A stretch of 63,480 nt of DNA, counting the filler, from Octopus bimaculoides (Eukaryota): the NCBI RefSeq assembly GCF_001194135.2. It is 12 parts of 9 records of this genome, joined end to end, with 100 filler letters (N's around TTAATTAATTAA, not from the genome) between each part and the next. Parts side by side here need not be neighbours in the genome. Positions count along the whole stretch, not along the records: positions 36,372 to 49,523 come from NC_068997.1; positions 49,624 to 52,163 come from NC_068983.1; positions 52,264 to 57,490 come from NC_069006.1; 9 more parts are not named here. One strand, written 5' to 3'. The stretch's first letter is position 1, and each line of letters begins with the position of its first letter. The notes below the pieces were generated by a model. It made no database searches and was not told the origin of the DNA. It saw only the letters and a program-made list of their open reading frames with translations. The position numbers and the translations under genes are program-made. Shown one piece after another: positions 41,277-55,530 of the stretch.

Positions 41277-41719
41277 AGAGAGAGGGAGAAAGAGAGAGAG
41301 AGGGAGAAAGAGAGAGAGAGGGAGAAAGAGAGAGAGAGAGGGAGAAAGAGGGAGAGAGAGGAAATGCGAGGACCTGTAGTGGTACTGATTACGGACGTCA
41401 ACAATATTGTTGAGTAAGCAAATACCTGAACGAGTGGAGTGTTCCGTAGACAAAATACAAAATACAGTAGGGCTTCACATATGTCATATAGTGATGAGGA
41501 AACATTTTAGCTAACTCAAGTTATCCAAATAATTGATAGATAAAAACTGTCTCTACGATTGTTTAAAATTTGAAATCAATAAATATGGTGGATAACTCAA
41601 GTTAATCCAATTGATTGAAATATGGTTGACAATATAGACAAAGGAGATTCGCTTAGCTATAGTGTTCAAGATATGTTTCCTGGGAGGTACTACTCTATTG
41701 TAATGACTGGTTCTACTGG

Positions 41720-41960
41720 CAATATGTAATGATGTGTTGTAATGTGTAGTAATGTATGGCAACGTCTAGCAATGTTTAGTAGCATGTAGCAGCGTGTAGA
41801 AATTTGTAACATGTAGCAATGGGTAGTAATGTGTAGCGACATGTAGCAACGTTTCGCAATGTGTAGCAGCATATAGTAATGTGTCGCCATCTGTAGCAAG
41901 ATGTAGTAATGTTGCAATGTGCACTGATGCGTAGTTACGCATAGGAATGTGTAGCAAGCA
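41720..41960. repeat. Degenerate short tandem repeat (tgtagcaa-like)
   Basis: Direct reading. Confidence 0.65.
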
Positions 41961-42658
41961 ATTTTGTATTTGAAGCATTTTCAATTTTGATTATCATTAT
42001 GATGCGTTCAGATCAGATTTGCATCAGGTGATATCATAAAAGAGTATCATGTATTTCGTGCCCGGGCCATCGATACTGTAGACTAGTAATATCGTTCTAA
42101 GGTGCGATTTTGGTCTGTTGAGTCCGGGTGGATTGTTGTATCACCAATTGTTACGACATTACTTTTTTTTTTACACTATAACGGTGTAGTAACAATTAAC
42201 ACATAACGAAGCAGAGTAACAACAACGTAACAATCCAACAAACTCGAACTATACACAAACTATACACGAACCAACGAACGATATTCTGACAAAGGACACC
42301 TTACGATTTCCGGCAATTAACGCCTATCTCTGTCTCCTCTCACTCACACCGCTACTATCTATGTTCGATCAGTCAGTTTATTCTCGTATGGGGGGTATCG
42401 TCACTCTCGCCACAACGTCTCCCCTTTTGAAATTTCGACTTCCTTGTCGAAAATATGCCTGTCACGACCAGATGAATTTTTAACGAAATTCCAATATTTT
42501 TCTCGCATACTCAGATATTGAAAGTCAGGTTTGTTATTCTTCCACGAGAAATACATGGAATTTTCTTTGAGGCTAAAATAAGAACTTTGACATATAACAT
42601 CTTCCTATGTTTCTAGTCTCTAGATACGTTGTCAGCTTTTTGCTTTCAGTCTTAGGGC

Positions 42659-42711
<53 letters not shown>

Positions 42712-45638
42712 TGGTAGACAGACAAACGTTCCAGGTTAGACAAAAAGTAATATGATCAAATGATGCTGGTACTATACACCAAATCACAAAATTAATAAGA
42801 CGCCAAAACACCATGTTTACAGATGGCATTCACCATCCACCAATGGTTTTGTAGGAAGTTGAATACCGTTGAGAAATATACGAATATTAGTTATGTCTGA
42901 AAATAAGATTTTTGAAATGTTTTACAATAAAATCGATAATGTTGTTTACCATAAAGCTATCGATTAAATAGAGACATCATTATCTTTCATTTTATATTCT
43001 TTGGTGTCTTGAATTATCTGAGAAAATAAAATGTGTCTCTGAAATATTTTGAAGGTCTATCAAACTAGCATATTTGTCTTATACCAACTAATGTATACGT
43101 TAAATAAAAACAACAACAATAAGAAAGAACAACGACAACATAAACAGCAACAGCATCAGCAGCAAAACTATCAATGACCATAACAACAACAACAGCAGTA
43201 GTAACAGCGACAAGAACAGTAATAATAACAACAACAACAAATACATTCCAATTTCGGATGATATAGCAAACGAACTGTTGTATAATCGCAAAAGAAATTG
43301 GGCGGAAGAGAAAGATTCGTGGGTGGGTTTTTATTCTTGTTCCACTATCTTAAATTAGTTCTTATATGTATGTGTGTGTGTGTGCGCGCGCACGCGTGTG
43401 TGTGTGTGTGTGCGCGCACGCGTGTGTGTGTGTGTGCGCGCACGCGTGTGTGTGTGTGTGTGTAAACCCGGTGTCTTGACATTAATAAGCATATAGCATT
43501 TTCTACATTGTCCTCATTAAGCTTGACAATTCTCTCTCTTATTCTTATTCGCTTACCCAAATGCAGTATTAGTGAGACTACAAAGCAACTTGTATTTATT
43601 GATTATACTACCTCAGTGGAGCAGCTAAATTGTTCTGAAAAGAAACACGTAATTATTTTTCAAGATGACTTTCAGCCAAACATGGAAATTTATAACAAAA
43701 ATTAGATGGATCTCCGCTGTTTAATATTATTATTATTCATTTAGTCCTTCGATTGAAATAACGTTTAAGTGGTGGGTTTTCACAAACACAATTACGCTTT
43801 ACGTCATTCTTAAGCGAAAACAGCTTTGGCATAATTTGAGATAAAGCTTGGCCTAAGACATCCGACGGCCTTCTACACAGTTTATGTCGTCCGAGAGCAT
43901 GAACTGACTCAAATAAATTGTAAATTAGATTTGCAGAAGATGGCACACAATCGGACGGAACCAAGTACGACATAATTGCTAAGTGAATTTCTTACCATTT
44001 AGCTATTATAGTATGTCTACAGATGTGAGTGCGTGTGTGTGTATGTGTTTCCTTGGAGTAAATCAAATATATCTTGTTTGATTCCCAATCCGTTTTCGCC
44101 AAAGCAAGACTTTATTTGGGATCACTCGTAAAAAAAAAAAAGAAGAAATCCTTTGCAGAAACGGTCTGCATGATTTTCGATTTTCCAGCGAATCTCAAGT
44201 CAATCCCATGTAATCCGGGGCAACTTTTCACGTGGTCGGATCATTGGTCACTAAACCGACATTTCCACGAAGCTTACTTGGTTAGGAAGCTGATTTGGAC
44301 ACTCTGCAGGATGAAAAACAAAATTTGTCAAAGGGCGGAAGAACGCACAATACAGTGAATACAGGATTTAAAGTCAATGACAAAATAATAACCGAGCCAG
44401 GGTAACAGCGAAGCCATGGGGATCAGCATGACCATATTTCAAGTCGGGCGTATTGTTCTTCATTCATCGATACTACATGTCACACTCTGGACAAAAGTGC
44501 TTCTTCAGCCAGCGCTCAGTCTAGGGCCAACCAATCAAGTTAGCATATTACTTCCACATGATAGAACTGGCGATTCGTCAGCTGAGTTTAGCGACTTGAA
44601 AACACTATGGAGTTCTGGCACCTCATAGGCATCACTAATTGGTTCGATGACCTGTAATAGTTGTATTAGTTTGCAGATATAGCCAACACGCCTACTTATG
44701 ACTCCATAGTATTGTATTATTTATCATCCTTATTTGACGAAAATGAATTGGGACATTGCATAGAAATATCTCACTTGCTACACTAAATATAGTATATCAA
44801 CTGAATACGCAAATATATACAGATGAAATGTAGCTCAATGGCTAAAAAATTCCATTAGGAATTATGTTGTGCCAGGTTCGGTCCTCATTCGTTAGCGCAG
44901 TGAATCTCAGCCGGTGTTCATATGGCTTTTGGGATCCATATTCGATTTTGCTGTTAGAATTTATGTGCAAGTAATTGATTATACTTCTAAAATACATAAA
45001 TCATTCAACAGTTTTCTTTATATTATTCCTAATATTTAATTATGAAAATACAACATGACTTTTTAAACGTCGAATGGCTGTGAAGGTCCAGTTGAGTAAA
45101 ATGAGAATCAAAGTGGATCCATAGGCAGAAAATGGTTAAGAACCACTGCGTTAGGATTTGGCTTGGCTGCTACTTCTACCAGGTCAGTGAGCAGGTTCAT
45201 GCATGATTGCTAACTTTCTCCAGTTTTGCTGCTGTTTTTATTACTGTAATTGTTATTCTCGTTATTAATAACTTTCGTCATTGAGTGTGTTACGCGTTTT
45301 ACACTTTTTTTTTCTCTCTTTTACTTTTTATGAGATATTCACTTCTTTTTGTTGTGTGTTGTGTTGTGCATTCATTGAACAAAAGTCTGTGACGCAGTCA
45401 AAGCTATTTATAAAGTCTTGACTTGTTTATGAGCTACGATGTAAAATAAGCCGAGATGCTCAAAATGAACCGGTGTCACTAACAAGGATGACTTGCCTTT
45501 CTGCTTATTCAACGACACGGTCTGTTTCGTGAGAAATTACAACTTAAATGGAAACGAGCCACGCCAACGTCCTTGACATCGTGTGTATACACTTCGTCAG
45601 CAATACTCTCTGTCTGTCAGTCTGTCTGTCTCTCTCTT

Positions 45639-45669
<31 letters not shown>

Positions 45670-45871
45670 TATATATATACACGCGCGCGCGCACACACAC
45701 GCACATTCACATATTCATAGATATATAAATATAGACAGATCATACATACATATAGATATATAGAGAGAAGAGATAGACAGAGAAAGAGAGAGAGAGAAAG
45801 CGTCAGAGAGACAGACCGACAGATGTATACACTATGTACGTGGGGCGTATACACATATAACGTATATTGAA

Positions 45872-45906
<35 letters not shown>

Positions 45907-46098
45907 GTATATCTTCGAAACGTCGAGTTAGAATAGAGGCAACTGATGAATAATTCCAAGTGGCTTTCTGTTTTCCTATGTGTTCGTTCCGTTGTCTAGT
46001 TCATTGTTCTAACGTCCTGTACCCTGATATGCATCTATATACACATGTAGATGAAAGTATATACATATATGTGTGTATACATGCATATATATTTTTTG

Positions 46099-46140
<42 letters not shown>

Positions 46141-47003
46141 TTCTATATTTAAGAGATGAGGAATTATTTACATTATTTACATTATCTACATTTGACGGAT
46201 ATTCNNNNNNNNNNNNNNNNNNNNNNNNNNNNNNNNNNNNNNNNNNNNNNNNNNNNNNNNNNNNNNNNNNNNNNNNNNNNNNNNNNNNNNNNNNNNNNNN
46301 NNNNNNNNNNNNNNNNNNNNNNNNNNNNNNNNNNNNNNNNNNNNNNNNNNNNNNNNNNNNNNNNNNNNNNNNNNNNNNNNNNNNNNNNNNNNNNNNNNNN
46401 NNNNNNNNNNNNNNNNNNNNNNNNNNNNNNNNNNNNNNNNNNNNNNNNNNNNNNNNNNNNNNNNNNNNNNNNNNNNNNNNNNNNNNNNNNNNNNNNNNNN
46501 NNNNNNNNNNNNNNNNNNNNNNNNNNNNNNNNNNNNNNNNNNNNNNNNNNNNNNNNNNNNNNNNNNNNNNNNNNNNNNNNNNNNNNNNNNNNNNNNNNNN
46601 NNNNNNNNNNNNNNNNNNNNNNNNNNNNNNNNNNNNNNNNNNNNNNNNNNNNNNNNNNNNNNNNNNNNNNNNNNNNNNNNNNNNNNNNNNNNNNNNNNNN
46701 NNNNNNNNNNNNNNNNNNNNNNNNNNNNNNNNNNNNNNNNNNNNNNNNNNNNNNNNNNNNNNNNNNNNNNNATATATATATATATATATATATAGCAATG
46801 AAAAACCTCTGAGCGAGGAGTAAAAAGTAGCAGTACGGAATTTTAAAGTATATTTACCACCACCTAAATGCAGCGGACCTATAGGGGACGATGTTACTGT
46901 TGGTTATTGCCCTAGGAAGACATCTCCTCCAGCTGGCTAGCGAAGCAATGCCTGTGTCCGATTAACATTTGCGAAGGGAAACCATCTCTAACCTTACGTG
47001 ATA

Positions 47004-47048
47004 CACACAGACCCGGGTTTCTGAGCAGTAACCCGTCATCAGTGTGTG
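47004..47048 (-). ncRNA. Minimal type-I hammerhead ribozyme, family B, intact core
   Basis: Minus strand: cacaca-CTGATGA-c-ggg ttactg ctc-a-GAAA-cccggg-TC^tgtgtg. Stem I is 6 bp, stem III is the palindrome ACCCGGGT, and the cleavage triplet is GUC. Confidence 0.85.
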
Positions 47049-47244
47049 ATAATCACCAGCTAGTGAAAAGAAATCATCGCAAACGCAAAATACTATATGC
47101 TTTTTTTCAGTGACAAGCTGTTGCTCATCAATATTCCTCTTTGTTTTCATATTTCATGTTGTTTACGTTCTGTGACGTCCTGTGCCCATATATGCATATG
47201 TATATACATACATATGTAAGTATGTACATAAATGTATGTATATA

Positions 47245-47324
<80 letters not shown>

Positions 47325-47865
47325 TGTTTTTGTATGTATATGCATATGTATATATATGTATATGTGTGTGTGTATGTGTATATGTATGCATATGCACACA
47401 TGTATAAGTACGTGTGTGCGCGCGCGTACGTATGTCATTATACCTTCTTTCCTCCTCTTTGATTTCAAGATATCGCACTAACCTACGCAATCACATACGT
47501 CCATTTATAGAAATTTGACGTACTTATATTCTTCCGTCTACCTTAAATTTTACTGCTAAAACCCCACCCATACCTTTTATCTACCTATCTCTTAATGCAG
47601 CTATATCACATTACCCCTAACACATATCTCACACTTAATCACTCGTTATCTTCTCATCTCGACCTCCCCCTCCCCACCCCTCTCCTATCCTCCCCTCACA
47701 CTATCTTGACCACCAACTAACTTCTTTCACCCTTTGTTCACTTTTTCTCACTCTTTTTACTTTTTTCTGTCTGTTTTCTCTCTCTTTTTTCTCTCTCCTT
47801 CTTCCACTCATTTTCTCTTCTTGTTTTCATTATGATCTATGTCCTCATTCTAATCATACACGTAT

Positions 47866-47915
<50 letters not shown>

Positions 47916-48111
47916 NNNNNNNNNNNNNNNNNNNNNNNNNNNNNNNNNNNNNNNNNNNNNNNNNNNNNNNNNNNNNNNNNNNNNNNNNNNNNNNNNNNNN
48001 NNNNNNNNNNNNNNNNNNNNNNNNNNNNNNNNNNNNNNNNNNNNNNNNNNNNNNNNNNNNNNNNNNNNNNNNNNNNNNNNNNNNNNNNNNNNNNNNNNNN
48101 NNNNNNNNNNN

Positions 48112-48154
<43 letters not shown>

Positions 48155-48738
48155 TATGTATGTATATGTATGTATGTATATATGTCAGATATATATGTGA
48201 GATAATAATTTCACTTTAATAGTTTCAGTATTAATAGTGGAACTATTAAACTGAAAGTATCTCACGTTACAATAGAGAGATGTTTATGTTTCACTTTTGA
48301 CACGGAATACTGAAATAGTGTAAGAGATGAGAGATTGCGCCGGGCTCACATTAGGCAAGAAGTTGAAATTTTTTTTGGGTGGGGGGGTGCATGACTCTGC
48401 ATGGACTCTAAGTAAGGAATGTGTAAAATATGAATGAAATCGGTTGGGCAATTCTTGGGTTTTAAGGATTCACACAGACAGACACACAGATAGACAAACA
48501 GACAGACACACAGACACACATTCTCAGTTTTATATATTAAGAAGCTATATAGATGGCAAATGAAAGAAAATGGAATATACGAGAATTTGTTATTAATCAC
48601 GGCAATTCGGTCGACAGAGCTAGCATCGATCCCTCATAGGTAGGACATTCACCAACTGGTTCAGGAGCATCCGGCGGTGCAGATGTTTCTCATCGGGTGA
48701 TAAATAGATACATATATATATTTATATGTATATACATT

Positions 48739-48813
<75 letters not shown>

Positions 48814-48834
48814 ATGTATGTATATATATATACA

Positions 48835-49095
48835 TCTTTGTCCATGCTGCAGTTTGAGGACAGGTAGCTTCCTAGGTATGTAAAGCTCTCCACGCTGTTC
48901 AGAGTTGTGCTCTCAATCTCAATCTGAGGCTCAGGAGGTGTCAGGCCATGTGCAGGTTGAAGCATCGCTTAAGTTTTTCGCAGACTAATGGTCAGTCCGA
49001 AGACTTTTGCTGCTTCTGTGAGACAAGTGGCAGATTCTTACAAGTCTAGTTCATTCAATGCTGCATGCGCACAATCGTCGGCACATAGGAAGTCT
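48835..49095 (-). mobile_element. RTE LINE RT fragment
   Basis: ADDCAH..FGLTISLRKT..VESFTYLGSYLS. Confidence 0.8.
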
Positions 49096-49099
49096 CTTT

Positions 49100-49523
49100 A
49101 GTTAATAATATTTCTGAAAAAATTACTAAATTGTCTTCCAACATTGATATATTTAATTCTAATTCTAGCTACTATAATATGGCCTTGTCTAAAGCTGGAT
49201 ATGCCCAAAAAATTGTTTTCCTTAACCCTGGTAGAACATCTCTTCTTGATACAGATAATAATAATAATAATAATGATAATAGTGCACATGGTAACAATAA
49301 CAACAATAATAATGATAATAATAATAATAATAATCATAGATATTATAACAGACCTAATAACTTAAATAGTAATAGCAATGGACCAAATAAAAAGCAACCC
49401 TATTTACCTAAAAATCTAACTAATAAGAAAAGTAATAAAGTGCATTTTAATACTAAGCTATATACTAACACTAGTAATAAACCTATGTTAGTAGACAGTA
49501 ATGTTGAATCAAATGACAAAAAT
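49100..49523 (+). mobile_element. Penelope-like RT thumb/linker fragment
   Basis: KITKLSSNIDIFNSNSSYYNMALSKAGY resembles PLE RISxLSSNxxIFxxxxxxYxxALxxSGY. The linker is expanded by an Asn (AAT) repeat. Confidence 0.7.
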
Positions 49524-49623
49524 NNNNNNNNNNNNNNNNNNNNNNNNNNNNNNNNNNNNNNNNNNNNTTAATTAATTAANNNNNNNNNNNNNNNNNNNNN
49601 NNNNNNNNNNNNNNNNNNNNNNN

Positions 49624-49855
49624 TTTCTATGTCAGATTTTGGGTGGTGCATCCTATATCCTGTCATTATTTTTCTTGTTTTCCTGTCTATTTTACATAGT
49701 TCGTTTAGTGTCCAGTTAAGGATGTTGTAGCTGTAGCTTATAACTGGGACAGCTAAAGTGTTGATACCCATTATCTTGTTTTTAGCATTGAGCTCTGTTT
49801 TTAGTATTGATCTAACTCGTCTATAGTACTCTTTCTTTATTTTTTCTTTCATTTG
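49624..49855 (-). mobile_element. R4/Dong LINE fragment, same family as 28905-30178
   Basis: EYYRRVRSILKTELNAKNK..AVPVISYSYNILNW..HPKSDIE. The 5' side lies about 25 bp from a (TAA)n array. Confidence 0.88.
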
Positions 49856-49877
49856 TGTATGTTGTATCCTATCTAGT

Positions 49878-49921
<44 letters not shown>

Positions 49922-50494
49922 GTTATTATTATTATCATTCTTATTATTGTAATTATTATTATTCTTTTGTTATTCATTTGCAATATTCTGCAAAAACATG
50001 TCTTCCCATGGAGAAATTATTACATTGCTTGGAAGTAAGTGAGTGCTGATGACAGGAAAGGCATCCGATCATAGAAAGTCTGATTCAAGAAATGCTAAGT
50101 AAACCATGCAAACATGTAAATATGTACTTTAAAACGATGACACCGAGAACAACGACAACGACGATGGCGACAGCGATGGTGATGGTTTCTGATTAAGATT
50201 AAGTAGAATTCTAAACATCAAAAGCAATTAGCTAATTACACATTGGAAATTGATTAGTTTTCATCAGGGACAAGACTTATACTAGAAGTGTTTGTCTGAA
50301 TGCACCACTGCAGTACATTGCTATGTGTTTTGTTTTATGAAGAGGTCGTGGGTTCATACAGTGGAATGACTTTGATTAACCCCTGAGAGATGAAAGGTAA
50401 AAAAAAAATAACTGTGACCATTGTAAGGTTTGAACTTAAAACGTTGTGGGTCGAAGTAAAATGTGTAGGCATTGCTGTTTGCTTAGGAAGCTTG

Positions 50495-50900
50495 CTTTAC
50501 TCTTTAACTTGTTTCAGTCATTTGACTGCGAACATGCTGGAGCACTGCTTTTTAGTTGAGCAAATCGACCCCAGGACTTATTCTTTGGAAGCCTAGTACT
50601 TATTATATCGGTCTCTTTTGCCGAACCACTAAGTTACGGGGACGTAAACACACCACCATCGGTTGTCAAGTGATGTTGGGGGACAAACACAGACACACAA
50701 ACATATTTACACATACATATACATATACACATATATACAACAGGCTTCTGTCATTTTCCGTCTACCAAATCCACACACAAGGCTTTGGTCGGCCAGAGGC
50801 TATAGTAGAAGACACTTGCCCAAGGTGCCATGCAGTGGGACTGAACCCGGAACCATGTGGTTGGTAAGCAAGCTACTTACCACACAGCCACTTCTGCACC
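50495..50900 (-). mobile_element. Near full-length SINE family 1
   Basis: Reverse complement of the 40733-41166 family. Confidence 0.85.
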
Positions 50901-51871
50901 TATACAAACGAAATGGGTGGTCACAGCTAGAACAATTTTGCTTGTATTTCTCTCTCTCTCCTTGATCAGAACTCCTCGGGTACTTTACAGCACTAATTAC
51001 AACAACACCAACTGCAACTACGATAACAACAACAGCAACCACATCTCCAACACCAACCCTCTCGTTTAAAATGTGAGGAGTCATGTAGCTCCTCTACATC
51101 GAGAAACCTTTTCTGCTCTGGCCCTTTTCTCTCACTCCTTACCCACCTCTCTACACCTCATTCTCCTAGCATAAGGTTTCCCCTTTCCATTCTGAGTTTA
51201 TAGCCTCGCAAGCTGCACGGGAAACCTCAACAGTGCTGGTGCAACATACAAAAGGCACCCAATGCACATTATAAAGTTGTTAGCTTTAGGAAGGGCATCC
51301 AGCCATAAAAGCAGACCAACCGAAGCAGTGGTGGCAGTGGTTGTAGTGGTAGTAGCAGTGGTATTGATTGTGGATGTGGTGGTGTTGGTGGCCATGGTGG
51401 CAGTGGTAGTGGCAGTGATGATAATGATGATGATGATGAGGATGATGATAATTGTAAGGATGATCATAGTGACGATGACGATCCCGATGATGCTAATGAC
51501 GACAGTGATGATATTAAAGATGATGATAAGGATGATAATGATGATGATGAATTAGTTGTGTAAAATTTGACATTTTTAATTGGCCCTTTAATTAGGCCAC
51601 TCTAATTTAACTGCGTTAGAAATCTCTCTCGCCACTAATTCACCCAATTTCTTGCCAACAGGTTTAGGACTTCTGTTTGCTTCTTTCATCAGTCTTCCTT
51701 TTATCAATTCTAGTGAAGATAGCAATTACAACCAATTATCATGCAGTACATGGGTTTTGGGGTTGTTTTTCGTATATTTTTTTCTTTTTGCGCAAATTCT
51801 TTATTGTGGGAGCAAAAAATAACCAACCACCCTGTAATAGATGTTTCTTTATTTGCCAATTCCCTATCAAC

Positions 51872-51907
<36 letters not shown>

Positions 51908-52328
51908 CTATGGACGGACGGTAGACGTGTCGGCTCCGTAAGTTTTGCTTTTTCATGTTTTAAAAAGTTTGTTTGTAAAGTTTATTTTATATACAAAGTT
52001 GTATAACAACTTGTAGACTCTCTGGTGCAAGTTTTTTGCGACGTAAATCTGCCCTGTGTGGCACATTTCCAGGATATAAAAACCAATTTCGGCTTTCTAG
52101 CCATTTTTTTTTAGACGATGGCGTCTTGTAGCCATGAAAATTTTTGTGAAACGAACGCTGCAGNNNNNNNNNNNNNNNNNNNNNNNNNNNNNNNNNNNNN
52201 NNNNNNNTTAATTAATTAANNNNNNNNNNNNNNNNNNNNNNNNNNNNNNNNNNNNNNNNNNNNTATATATATATATATATATACATTTATATATACACAT
52301 ATATATATACATATACATATATAAATAC

Positions 52329-52359
<31 letters not shown>

Positions 52360-52424
52360 CATATATATATATATACACATATATATAAATATATATGTAC
52401 ATATATATACATACATATATATAC

Positions 52425-52473
<49 letters not shown>

Positions 52474-52490
52474 CATATATACATACACAC

Positions 52491-52597
<107 letters not shown>

Positions 52598-53437
52598 GTG
52601 GTTGTCTACTCCTGACACAGAGTTTGACCACCTCCTGCACCTACACCTTAGCCCTTTTATGGCGTCTGATGTAGCTTTTTAAACCAGACAGTGTTTTGAA
52701 AAAACACCCACACAGATTTCACCTCTGATTTGCACTACCAATACCTGCAAGTATATATATATATATGTATGTATAATTATTAAAGTGGACTACAAACTGA
52801 AGGCAAGGCAAACATCTCAAGTCATATGCATTATTATTAGAACGTCGATTTCGAGTTTTGTTTGGTATTGATGGTATCCAGTGCTGACTATGGGGCTATC
52901 CTATAGGATTTATGTAGCTCATTCTTAATAAATTGAACGTATTCCACGATGGTAAGAGAGTATAAGAGTATGACCATTATATATCCTCTATATCGGAAAT
53001 CTGCAATGACTTCATAACTACCGTCTCAGCTATAACTTTGGAGCCCTAAATCACACAGATGATATGTTTACAGAAGTTTGTATATGAAATCCATCTTTTT
53101 TCTACTTCAAATATTACCTGTTTTCCTCTTATATAATATATACAGGCTGAGTAAAGCCATTCTTTTATATGATATACTCATTTTTCTAGTTTCTTGGCCT
53201 GAGAAACAGTAAAGGTAAATACCCAATCAACGAGAGGTGTAACTACTAGTATGTATATATATGTATTTATGAGGCGAGATTTAATAATAATATTAAATTC
53301 TTTAATAATTCTAAATATAATTATAATATAAAAAGATTATAATTTAAATGATTCTTATGTTTTTTATAATAATAAACCTAACATAAATAATTATGATAAG
53401 TTTTATTTAGGTAATTATAGTATTAGTAACAGGGATT

Positions 53438-54255
53438 ATGATAATACAAAACAAATATAATAGTAGTAGACTAAAAAATACGATTAAATTTCATTCTTTT
53501 ATTGATAATAATAAATTTTATAATATGAAAAATAAATGTAATAATATAAATAATAAGTACAAAATTTGGTTAATTATTTCTTACGGAGTTCAAGTTAAGA
53601 CAAAAATTATTAAAGAGATCTTAAATATTATTGAGGTATTCCTTAAAGATAATAAAAAATATAATAACATTTTTTCTAGTGATAATTTTGGAGTTGGTTA
53701 CTCTACTACATATATTAAAAATAATATTTTTTCTTCTTTTAATAAATTTAAGCTGAATAAGTTTTACAAAAACAAATCAAGTAATTATTCCAATAATAAT
53801 AATACAGACCAGAATGTAATTAATTGTACATGTAGAGATAAAAATAAATGTAAATTTAATAATAACTGTAATTTGGAGGATGTAGTATATAAATGTGTAG
53901 TGACTTTGCTTGATGATAATAATATGTATGGTTATAATTTAAATACTATTTACATAGAGTCGACTTCTAACAAAATTAAATTACGTTTGGCTCAACATAT
54001 GAATTTTTTAAGAATAGAAATTTAATTTTTCCTACTGACCTTAGTAAATATATATGGGAGCTAAAATCTAAAAATATTATGTGAAATTTAAATTGGGAGA
54101 TAGTTTGTAAGGCTAAAACTTATTGAATAGGTAGCGCTTTTTGTTTATTATGCACTAATGAATTTAAGGAGATATTATTATCTGATAATAATATTATTCT
54201 TATTCTTATTTTATTTTAGACCTGACAAGTGACTATATTTTTGAATGGTTTTAAT
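53438..54255 (+). mobile_element. Penelope-like linker plus GIY-YIG endonuclease, decayed
   Basis: CTCRDKNKCKFNNNCNLEDVVYKCVV..IYIESTSNKIKLRLAQH..STDLSKYIWELK..WEIVCKAKTY..CLLC. Confidence 0.85.
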
Positions 54256-55465
54256 TGTAGATCGATTTGATTATTCATCAAATTATTAATCGAATTGGTT
54301 TTATTAGTTTTCTATTTGAAAATATAGCTATGAAACGTGCGTAGTCATTTTATACCATTTACTAGTTATTCATTTATGTATTTTATTGTTTTTTAGAATA
54401 AGGTTTTTATGATATATTTATTTTCTAGAGGGTATGAATTACATTCTTCATTATTGAATTATTTAATAGTGGTTTTTCTCTAAATTTTATATATATATNN
54501 NNNNNNNNNNNNNNNNNNNNNNNNNNNNNNNNNNNNNNNNNNNNNNNNNNNNNNNNNNNNNNNNNNNNNNNNNNNNNNNNNNNNNNNNNNNNNNNNNNNN
54601 NNNNNNNNNNNNNNNNNNNNNNNNNNNNNNNNNNNNNNNNNNNNNNNNNNNNNNNNNNNNNNNNNNNNNNNNNNNNNNNNNNNNNNNNNNNNNNNNNNNN
54701 NNNNNNNNNNNNNNNNNNNNNNNNNNNNNNNNNNNNNNNNNNNNNNNNNNNNNNNNNNNNNNNNNNNNNNNNNNNNNNNNNNNNNNNNNNNNNNNNNNNN
54801 NNNNNNNNNNNNNNNNNNNNNNNNNNNNNNNNNNNNNNNNNNNNNNNNNNNNNNNNNNNNNNNNNNNNNNNNNNNNNNNNNNNNNNNNNNNNNNNNNNNN
54901 NNNNNNNNNNNNNNNNNNNNNNNNNNNNNNNNNNNNNNNNNNNNNNNNNNNNNNNNNNNNNNNNNNNNNNNNNNNNNNNNNNNNNNNNNNNNNNNNNNNN
55001 NNNNNNNNNNNNNNNNNNNNNNNNNNNNNNNNNNNNNNNNNNNNNNNNNNNNNNNNNNNNNNNNNNNNNNNNNNNNNNNNNNNNNNNNNNNNNNNNNNNN
55101 NNNNNNNNNNNNNNNNNNNNNNNNNNNNNNNNNNNNNNNNNNNNNNNNNNNNNNNNNNNNNNNNNNNNNNNNNNNNNNNNNNNNNNNNNNNNNNNNNNNN
55201 NNNNNNNNNNNNNNNNNNNNNNNNNNNNNNNNNNNNNNNNNNNNNNNNNNNNNNNNNNNNNNNNNNNNNNNNNNNNNNNNNNNNNNNNNNNNNNNNNNNN
55301 NNNNNNNNNNNNNNNNNNNNNNNNNNNNNNNNNNNNNNNNNNNNNNNNNNNNNNNNNNNNNNNNNNNNNNNNNNNNNNNNNNNNNNNNNNNNNNNNNNNN
55401 NNNNNNNNNNNNNNNNNNNNNNNNNNNNNNNNNNNNNNNNNNNNNNNNNNNNNNNNNNNNNNNNN

Positions 55466-55530
<65 letters not shown>

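Noticed and set aside
41380-41420. VVLITDV frame with a GTAAGC donor (VWA-like word)
   Set aside because: The acceptor lacks a polypyrimidine tract (a GA repeat lies upstream), the segment is very short, and it is upstream of the 56.9 kb exon it would need to follow.
44400-44760. Minus-strand frame open for about 75 codons and containing CTGACGA
   Set aside because: No recognisable protein motif and no hammerhead helices or GAAA.
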